From IMG/VR virus record IMGVR_UViG_3300021139_001731, positions 1,580 through 65,579 of that record: DNA of 64,000 nt; one strand, given 5' to 3'. Under the pieces are notes generated by a model. That model was not told the DNA's origin. It worked only from the letters and a program-made list of their open reading frames with translations, and did not search any database. This DNA is from a virus (lineage: Duplodnaviria > Caudoviricetes). Every line of letters starts with the position of its first letter. Within the stretch, counting starts at the first letter, position 1. The position numbers were made by a program, and so were the translations under genes. Below are positions 57,097-64,000 of the stretch, in pieces.

Positions 57097-58385
57097 AATT
57101 AATTAATTTTTATATTGAAAATTGGGCAAATGATGGAATTAATGATGGTTACACTCCATTACCAAATGGTGTCTTTGATTTTAAATTTAACCAATCATTT
57201 GCCGCAAATAATTTTACAGGAGTTATAGATGAAATTAGAGATAGTGAATTACAAAGTAGTTTAAATGAAATATTTTTAAGAGCAAAATATGGTGAAAAAA
57301 GATATGCAGTTGCATTTGAACATAAAGATTTAAAAATAGTTTTAACCGATAAACCAGTATTAGAAGGTGCAATTGAGAATTATTATTTAGTTACACCCAA
57401 AGTTCATATGGAAACATTAGAAGAATATTTACCATATTACGATACTATATTAGAAAAGGGAATTAAAATTTTATTTGTAAGTTTTCATGAAAGTGGTGTA
57501 TATCCTAAATTTTATAAATGGATTAATAATAACAAATACCATAATCAAATTTATACTATAACACCTTGTTATAATATAAAAAAATTTACAAAAGGACATC
57601 ACATATATTTTCCATTTTTAACATATGATTTAGATCATAACTTTAAACAAAACGATAGTTTATTTTCAGTATGTGATAGGGAAATGTATGATAATACTGC
57701 AAAAAGAAAAATGATTCTATCTTTTAATCGAAATGTAAAAAGAGAACATAGATTTTATTTTTATAATTTTTGTAGAATGGAAAATTTAATAGATGATAAT
57801 TACATTTCATTTTTAGAATTTCCTGATGAGCATGTTGAGTTTTATAATACAATGCAAATTCCAATATTAAATGAATATAAAAAATTCTTTTTAGAAAATG
57901 CACCACATTATGAGGTATCGGTAGATGTTAGAACGGATGATCCTGGATATGTAGAAAACCTTTTACATAATTGGAACAATGATAGTTGGTTATATGCAGA
58001 GAGTTTATTTTCAATTGTACTAGAAACAAAATACTTTGAAAGAGATATTATGATTTCAGAAAAAGTATTAAGACCTATTGCAAATTGTCATCCATTTGTA
58101 GTCATTGGTCCAAGATATACAACAAAGATTTTAGAAGATATGGGATTTTATATTCCACCTTTTATAGATTATAATGAGTTAGATAAAGAAGATTTTCCTT
58201 GGTTACGATTGGTAAAAACATTTGAACAAATAAAAAAATTAGTAAAATATTGTGAAGAACACAATGAACTTCCTCCGTTTGATATGGATAAAATAGAAGC
58301 AAATCAAAAATTACTTTTAGGGTTTGATAGAAGTGAAGTTTTATATGAATACTATTCAAAATTAATAAAAACAAAAATAATATAA
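57093..58385 (+). CDS. Paralogue of 55606-57096, putative glycosyltransferase
   Basis: FNRNVK..HR and SIVLETK...ISEKVLRPI..CHPFVVIG. Confidence 0.4.
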   Translation: MKLINFYIENWANDGINDGYTPLPNGVFDFKFNQSFAANNFTGVIDEIRDSELQSSLNEIFLRAKYGEKRYAVAFEHKDLKIVLTDKPVLEGAIENYYLVTPKVHMETLEEYLPYYDTILEKGIKILFVSFHESGVYPKFYKWINNNKYHNQIYTITPCYNIKKFTKGHHIYFPFLTYDLDHNFKQNDSLFSVCDREMYDNTAKRKMILSFNRNVKREHRFYFYNFCRMENLIDDNYISFLEFPDEHVEFYNTMQIPILNEYKKFFLENAPHYEVSVDVRTDDPGYVENLLHNWNNDSWLYAESLFSIVLETKYFERDIMISEKVLRPIANCHPFVVIGPRYTTKILEDMGFYIPPFIDYNELDKEDFPWLRLVKTFEQIKKLVKYCEEHNELPPFDMDKIEANQKLLLGFDRSEVLYEYYSKLIKTKII

Positions 58386-59323
58386 TGAAAAAAGTTTTAA
58401 TAACAGGTTGTAGTGGTTTAGTAGGAATACATTTAGTAAAAAAATGTTTAGTAGCGGGATATGAAGTAATTGGTGTAGATTTAAGACAATCTGAACATTT
58501 ACCAACATCAGAAAGATTTACTTTTTATCAAATGGATTTAACTAAAACAGAAAACATAGAACAATTATTTTTCTATGAAACTCCTGATGTAGTATTTAAT
58601 ACATTTGGTGTTAAAGGTTCTCCATTAAGAGCAAAAGAAAAGCCAGTAGATTTCTTATATCCATCCTTTAAAATTAATACTGAAATTATTAATCAATGTG
58701 CAAAGAATAATACTTGGTTAATATTTGTTAGTTCAGTTGGAGTATATGCACCGGCAGAAACATTTATAGAAGATAGTGTATGGAAAACATTACCATCAGA
58801 AGCAGATTGGTTTCCAAGTTGGAGTAAGAGAATGGGTGAAGTATTGTTAGAAGCATATAAAGTTCAGTTCAATTACACTAATTGGGCAATTATAAGACCG
58901 GCAAATATATTTGGTGAATACGATAACTTTGATGGAACTGGAACCGTTATTGCAACTCAATGTAAAAAAGTATTTGAAGCAGATAGTGAAATAGAAGCAT
59001 GGGGTGATGGTACACCTATTAGAGATTTTGTATATGCGGGTGATGTTGCAAATGCAATTTTATCGTTATATGAAAGACAAATTCATACAACTATTAATTT
59101 TGGAGCTGGTGAAGAAATTACAATCAAATCAATGATTGAACAATTAATAAAAATTAGTGGAAAAGATATATATATTAAATGGGATACAACCAAACCAAAT
59201 GGTGACCTTCGTAGACAAATGGACACTACTAAACAAAAAGAAATTGGATTGTTACCAATATTAGGTTTTAATGAAGCTCTAAAATTAACATATGAAAGTT
59301 ATATCTCAAAAAGAATTGGATAA
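58385..59323 (+). CDS. Extended SDR, GDP-fucose synthase-like
   Basis: TGCSGLVG, RPANIFG, WGDGTPIRDFVY. Confidence 0.85.
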   Translation: MKKVLITGCSGLVGIHLVKKCLVAGYEVIGVDLRQSEHLPTSERFTFYQMDLTKTENIEQLFFYETPDVVFNTFGVKGSPLRAKEKPVDFLYPSFKINTEIINQCAKNNTWLIFVSSVGVYAPAETFIEDSVWKTLPSEADWFPSWSKRMGEVLLEAYKVQFNYTNWAIIRPANIFGEYDNFDGTGTVIATQCKKVFEADSEIEAWGDGTPIRDFVYAGDVANAILSLYERQIHTTINFGAGEEITIKSMIEQLIKISGKDIYIKWDTTKPNGDLRRQMDTTKQKEIGLLPILGFNEALKLTYESYISKRIG

Positions 59324-59693
59324 AGAATTTGAGTATTTAGAAAAACAAAAAGCAATACTCAAAGAAGAAAGAGAAAAAATAATGTTGGAAAGAAGTAAAT
59401 TGTATTATCAATGGAAAGAAATACAAGAAACAGATGAATCTATTCAAAAAGACCAAGAAAGAGTTAATAAATTAAGAGGTGATTTACAATTTGAATTAAA
59501 AAAAGTAAATGAAGAATATACTATTAAGATAGATGCTGAAATCGCAGAAATACGAAAAGAAAAAAACAATGAATTAGAACTAGAACTGCAACAAGATAGA
59601 TTACGATTAGATAAAATTAGAAGAGATTTACATGAGTTAATTGCAATAGAAGAAGCAACAGTAATAACATTTAAACAAAAAAATATAATATAA
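59292..59693 (+). CDS. Charged coiled-coil hypothetical protein
   Basis: E/K/L heptads throughout; TAATG-coupled to the next gene. Confidence 0.55.
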   Translation: MKVISQKELDKEFEYLEKQKAILKEEREKIMLERSKLYYQWKEIQETDESIQKDQERVNKLRGDLQFELKKVNEEYTIKIDAEIAEIRKEKNNELELELQQDRLRLDKIRRDLHELIAIEEATVITFKQKNII

Positions 59694-60430
59694 TGTTAGA
59701 TATACAAAAAAATGAATATTCTACTGGAACAATATGGGATATGGTAGATGAAATAAATTCCGATTTTCTTAAATCTTTATACGATAGTGTTTTAGTTAAA
59801 TTCAAAGATAACACAGATTGTGTAACTTATTTGTATTCATCATACAATGATCATCCAGATTATAAACAATCTGCATATTATACAAAAGATGAATTTATTA
59901 ATATAAAACAATATGTAGAAGAAAAAAATGATGAAAGATATGAACCACATCAGCAAAATAAAATGTGTCATACTCATTTATCTGAATTTGAAGAAAAGAT
60001 TGGTTTAGATAAAAATTATTTTAACAATGTAGTATATAAAGTATTAGATGATTTAGCAGTTAAAATATTAAAAAAAGAATATAATATAGAAGTTAACACA
60101 GAAGATTTTATACATAAAGCACAATTAACTTGGTATAGTGATGGTGATTTTATTAAAATGCATGATGATGGACCGACTGATACTAGAATATGTGCTTTGT
60201 TAATTTATTTAACTCCGGAAGAATATTATAAAGCAGGTAGTGGTGGTGAATTGGTATTGAAAAATAGAAAAAATACAATTGATATAGCTTATCCAATATT
60301 AGGAAACTATGCAGTTATTGATTTTACAAGAAACTCACCGGTACATTCAGTACATAAAGTGAGTGGAAATTTCAATAGATTTGCATATTTAAATTTTATA
60401 GAATTAAAAGATAAAAATGCAAGGCCTTAA
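59693..60430 (+). CDS. 2OG-Fe(II) oxygenase
   Basis: HDD, LIYL...GGE, HSV, R. Confidence 0.85.
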   Translation: MLDIQKNEYSTGTIWDMVDEINSDFLKSLYDSVLVKFKDNTDCVTYLYSSYNDHPDYKQSAYYTKDEFINIKQYVEEKNDERYEPHQQNKMCHTHLSEFEEKIGLDKNYFNNVVYKVLDDLAVKILKKEYNIEVNTEDFIHKAQLTWYSDGDFIKMHDDGPTDTRICALLIYLTPEEYYKAGSGGELVLKNRKNTIDIAYPILGNYAVIDFTRNSPVHSVHKVSGNFNRFAYLNFIELKDKNARP

Positions 60431-61067
60431 TAAATCATATTATTGTGGAAATGGGAATGAATTTTTTGGAAATGAATATTCTAAAAGATTAGAAGAAGCA
60501 TATAATGGAATATTAAATTATAAAGATTTTGATTATCAAATTATATATTCTTTAAATGCAGTACACAATGTAAGTATTGTACCATCAAAACCATTTAATG
60601 AACAAATTTTTTATAAAAATGAATTTATTTCAAAGAAAGAAAATTTAGCACAAGTTTGGTTTGAAAAGAATAATCTAATAACTGAATTTCATTCTATATC
60701 TGATTATTGTTATTTAAAATTATTAGAATTATATCCTGAACAAAGTAAAAGATTTGGTGGTCCATCTTTTTCTTTAACAATATATGATAAAGGTTGTTTT
60801 ATAGAAAATCATAAAGATGGTGATGATGATGATAAAAGTAGATTATGTGTAGTTTTATTGTATTTAAATAAAGATTGGAAACCGGGAATGGGTGGAGAAC
60901 TAATAATTACAGATGAACATGGAAATAAATTGGAAATTACGCCAGAATTTGGTAACTTTGCAATACTAGATTTTCAAAATTATAATTTATACCATGAAGT
61001 TAAACCAATTACGGATGATAACTTTCATAGAAAAACATTAATAAGTTTTATACATTTAGCAAAATAA
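60417..61067 (+). CDS. 2OG-Fe(II) oxygenase
   Basis: HKD, LYLNKDW..GMGGE, HEV, RK. Confidence 0.85.
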   Translation: MQGLNKSYYCGNGNEFFGNEYSKRLEEAYNGILNYKDFDYQIIYSLNAVHNVSIVPSKPFNEQIFYKNEFISKKENLAQVWFEKNNLITEFHSISDYCYLKLLELYPEQSKRFGGPSFSLTIYDKGCFIENHKDGDDDDKSRLCVVLLYLNKDWKPGMGGELIITDEHGNKLEITPEFGNFAILDFQNYNLYHEVKPITDDNFHRKTLISFIHLAK

Positions 61068-61072
61068 AAAAT

Positions 61073-62050
61073 ATGATAAATAAAGATTCAAAAATCCTGA
61101 TAACAGGTGGTTCTGGATTAGTCGGACAGAACTTAACAAACCGATTACACAAAGAAGGTTACACAAACATTAGAGTTAATTTACACAAAAGAGGTGTAAG
61201 AAATCCAATTGAAGGAGTGGAGTATGTTCACTTTGATTTGAAAACATACGAAGGATGTTTAGATGCAACTAAAGGAGTAGAAGTAGTTTACCATTGTGCA
61301 GCAAGTACATCAAACGCAGTAGACACAGTAGTTGACCCATTAGCACATGTTACACCAAACGTAGCAATGAACAATTTCTTAATTGATGCCAGTTGGAGAA
61401 ATAAGGTTCAACATTACATCTTCTTATCATCTAATACTGTTTATCCACCAAAAGGAGATAAGCCGGTAGTAGAGACAGATTTCCTATTTGATGAACCATA
61501 TCCGGTATACTTTCCAGTAGGTTGGATGAAAAGATATGCAGAAGTTCAATGTGAATTATACGCAAAGTATTTACCAACAAAAATGAAGTGCACGGTGATT
61601 AGACCTGCAAATTTATTTGGACCACATGATAAGTACGATTTCAATAAATGTCATGTTACTCCTGCAACAATTAGAAAAGTAGCAGACCAAATGAACCCTA
61701 TTCCAGTGTGGGGTGATGGTAGTGAATTACGAGATTTATTATATATTGAAGATTTTGTAGAAGCATTACAAATAGTAATGGAAAAAGAAAAAGAAGATTA
61801 TCAAGTTTATAATATTGGTTCTAACAGAGTTTATTCAGTATTAGAAGTATTAGAAGCAATGAAAAGAATTGCAAACTATAATGCACCTACTGAATTTATT
61901 AAAGGTAAACCATCGATGATTCCAACTCGTAAAATTGATTCATTTAAAATTTATGATAAATTAGGATGGCAAGCAACTACATCATTAGAAGATGGATTAA
62001 AAAATGCATATGAATGGTATTTAGAACATAAAGATGAATTCCAAAATTAA
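61073..62050 (+). CDS. Extended SDR, GDP-fucose synthase-like
   Basis: TGGSGLVG, RPANLFGPHD, HVTPA, WGDGSELRDLLY. Confidence 0.88.
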   Translation: MINKDSKILITGGSGLVGQNLTNRLHKEGYTNIRVNLHKRGVRNPIEGVEYVHFDLKTYEGCLDATKGVEVVYHCAASTSNAVDTVVDPLAHVTPNVAMNNFLIDASWRNKVQHYIFLSSNTVYPPKGDKPVVETDFLFDEPYPVYFPVGWMKRYAEVQCELYAKYLPTKMKCTVIRPANLFGPHDKYDFNKCHVTPATIRKVADQMNPIPVWGDGSELRDLLYIEDFVEALQIVMEKEKEDYQVYNIGSNRVYSVLEVLEAMKRIANYNAPTEFIKGKPSMIPTRKIDSFKIYDKLGWQATTSLEDGLKNAYEWYLEHKDEFQN

Positions 62051-62916
62051 TGAAAGGTATTTTATTTCCAGGCGACTCATATACATGGGGTGAAGGTCTT
62101 CATTTATATTCGGAGTTACCAGATACAAAATTTGATGAAATGGCGTTTGATGGAACAAATTATACTCCTTCTCATATTAAATTTATAGAAGCAAATAGAT
62201 TTGCAAGAAAAGTTGCAAATCACTTCAATACGTTTGAATTAGTTAGATTTAGTAATGGTGGTAACAATAATGATATTTTTGAATTTATTGATCAGTTACC
62301 AAAACAATATTTAAAAAACCATATGCCAGCTACTGGACGTATACAAGTTCCTAGATCGGTAGAATATAGATTAGAAGATTTTGATTATATTGTTTTACAA
62401 TTAACTGATATGTTTAGAAATGAAATTAAGTTTGAATATAAAGACATTATCGGATATTGTAACATTAGGTCAGATGAAAGTATAAAAAGGTCTGGTTTTA
62501 TTTTCTATTTAAAAGATAATTTTAATGGTAATATAAATTATTTCATTGAATATTATTTAAAAACTACAATTTATAATATAATAGAAAAATTTAAATTATA
62601 CGAATCAAAAGGAATTAAAAGATGTTTTATTCATACATGGCATAATGACCCAATTCCGTTCTTTAACAATAATGAATTCTTAAAAGAAAGGTGGATTACA
62701 TATGATGATGGAAATAATATATTTAATTCAATTATGGATTTACAAAGTTCAGAAAAAAGAAGGTCTGGTATGAGTATAAATGATGATTATTTTTTTATAC
62801 AAAAAGGAATAATTGTTAATAATGGGCATACATCATTAGAAGCACATAATATACAAGCAAAAGCAATAATTAAAAAAATAGAAGAATATGAGCAGTCCAC
62901 AATACACTCCGTATAA
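62050..62916 (+). CDS. SGNH-like protein
   Basis: GDSYTWGEG, ANRFARKVANHF, terminal GH. Confidence 0.6.
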   Translation: MKGILFPGDSYTWGEGLHLYSELPDTKFDEMAFDGTNYTPSHIKFIEANRFARKVANHFNTFELVRFSNGGNNNDIFEFIDQLPKQYLKNHMPATGRIQVPRSVEYRLEDFDYIVLQLTDMFRNEIKFEYKDIIGYCNIRSDESIKRSGFIFYLKDNFNGNINYFIEYYLKTTIYNIIEKFKLYESKGIKRCFIHTWHNDPIPFFNNNEFLKERWITYDDGNNIFNSIMDLQSSEKRRSGMSINDDYFFIQKGIIVNNGHTSLEAHNIQAKAIIKKIEEYEQSTIHSV

Positions 62917-63433
62917 AGATGCATTAACAACGGCAATGACTAATTTAGCAGAGTTAGAAGATTCTGTTTTTATTGGACAACAAATTGTATATCAAGGAAA
63001 TCCTATGAGCACAACATTGGGTGGTGTATCAAAGGATAAAATGATTGAAGTTCCTGTAATGGAAGAATCACAAATGGGAATGAGTTTAGGTATGGCAATG
63101 GCAGGTAAAAGAGTTATTACATTTTATCCAAGATGGGATTTTATTATATGTGCAACAAATCAATTAGTAAATCACGTAGATAAGATTGGATTAATGAGTG
63201 GTGGCAAATGGAAACCAAACTTAATTATCAGATTGGGTAAGGGTAGTGATAAACCATTAGATCCAGGTCATCAACACAAAGGAAATTACTTTGATGAATT
63301 TAAAAGTATGTGTCCTAATATAGAATTTCACGATTTAAAAAGACCTGAAGATATTGAATTAGCTTACAAATATGTAACTAAAGAAGGTGGTATTCATATT
63401 ATGGTAGAATATCCGGAGTTATATTATGTATAG
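62888..63433 (+). CDS. TPP-dependent enzyme, E1 beta / transketolase pyrimidine-binding subunit lacking the C-terminal domain
   Basis: VPVMEESQMGMSLGMAMAG, DFI..ATNQLVN, DPGHQH; 181 aa. Confidence 0.85.
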   Translation: MSSPQYTPYKDALTTAMTNLAELEDSVFIGQQIVYQGNPMSTTLGGVSKDKMIEVPVMEESQMGMSLGMAMAGKRVITFYPRWDFIICATNQLVNHVDKIGLMSGGKWKPNLIIRLGKGSDKPLDPGHQHKGNYFDEFKSMCPNIEFHDLKRPEDIELAYKYVTKEGGIHIMVEYPELYYV

Positions 63434-64000
63434 TGGAAAAGGAATTATATTTGTAGGATGTTCTTTTACTTGGGGTGGTGGTTTAGAATATTACCCACCA
63501 TTTAAGGATATTCCAGATCCATATGCATTTCAATATGATGAACAAAAAATTACATTTGCAATAATGAATTTTATTAAAGCAAATAGATTTAGTAGATTGG
63601 TTGCAAACCATTTTGGAATGTGGGAAGCAAATAGATTAAATTGTGGTGGTTCTGATGATGGTTCAATTGACCAAATAAAAATGATGTTAGAATTAGGTAA
63701 TCATAGTCAAAACATTTCCAAGCAATTTGAAAATATTAAAATGCAAAGATATTCAGCAGATGAAATTGAATATGTTGTATTCCAATTAACAGATCCATTT
63801 AGAAATTATCATATTAATATAAATGGTGAAAATTTAGTAATTAATATTGCACAAATAAGACAAAGAAATACTAATGAATTTAATAAAAATGATATTAAAA
63901 TAGATAACAATAAAATTACATTACCATTAAATAATTTTGATATTCAACAAAATGATAAATTAGAATTATGTGATATAGATAATGAAGGAATTACAAATAA
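63426..64000 (+). CDS. SGNH-like protein, paralogue of 62050-62916 (runs off the window edge)
   Basis: Translated by hand: MYSGKGIIFVGCSFTWGGGLEY...KANRFSRLVANHF...VVFQLTD; no stop before 64000. Confidence 0.7.
   Translation, partial: MYSGKGIIFVGCSFTWGGGLEYYPPFKDIPDPYAFQYDEQKITFAIMNFIKANRFSRLVANHFGMWEANRLNCGGSDDGSIDQIKMMLELGNHSQNISKQFENIKMQRYSADEIEYVVFQLTDPFRNYHININGENLVINIAQIRQRNTNEFNKNDIKIDNNKITLPLNNFDIQQNDKLELCDIDNEGITN

Noticed and set aside
109-58374. Minus-strand and short out-of-frame ORFs in the supplied track (e.g. 109-312, 8390-8659, 20673-20987, 39557-40129, 40766-41215)
   Set aside because: All overlap longer + strand genes with recognisable motifs and have no motifs of their own; they are shadow ORFs
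54971-63433. Pyruvate dehydrogenase auxiliary metabolic genes
   Set aside because: Subunits are truncated, no E2/E3 is present, and they are embedded among sugar-nucleotide genes; a biosynthetic role fits better
1-64000. Giant eukaryotic virus or bacterial chromosome origin, suggested by the glycosylation genes and Mre11-Rad50 fusion
   Set aside because: gp25/gp6 baseplate, chaperone-bearing tail fibre, bacterial-type promoters and terminators, and absence of housekeeping operons indicate a tailed phage
1-64000. tRNA, rRNA, CRISPR arrays, IS elements, riboswitches
   Set aside because: Intergenic gaps are short, and none showed a cloverleaf, repeat-spacer periodicity or transposase motifs by eye; tRNAscan-SE/Infernal would confirm

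Overview
All credible genes lie on the + strand and are tightly packed, many joined by TAATG/ATGA overlaps. The DNA is strongly AT-rich by eye (not computed). This is part of a large contractile-tailed (T4-like baseplate) bacteriophage genome. The host is most likely a Bacteroidota species: six intergenic sites match the (T/G)TTG-N19-20-TAnnTTTG promoter (one with a -7 mismatch), and no Shine-Dalgarno motifs are evident. Layout: (1) 0.1-3.8 kb, an operon led by an unusual fusion of a circularly permuted ATP-grasp-like domain, a Hint domain and a 38-aa 8-Cys peptide, followed by small Cys-rich and tailoring-type genes. (2) 3.9-15.4 kb, accessory and host-interaction genes: lipoprotein, HD hydrolase, Hsp20 behind a sigma54-like site, DNA methyltransferase, SGNH-like proteins, GT2, peptide deformylase, phage sigma factor, carbamoyltransferase. 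(3) 15.4-33.6 kb, baseplate and tail module. (4) 33.6-38.2 kb, T7 endonuclease I-like resolvase, primase and a single-chain SbcD-SbcC fusion. (5) 38.9-42.6 kb, tail fibre with an intramolecular chaperone. (6) 42.6-64 kb, a large glycan synthesis and modification island: three GT7 enzymes with an internal LamG insertion, two radical SAM enzymes, RmlC, three SDRs, a split minimal TPP enzyme, 2OG-Fe(II) oxygenases and SGNH proteins. No tRNA, rRNA, CRISPR array or IS was recognised. All product calls come from motif recognition by eye; no database search was run.
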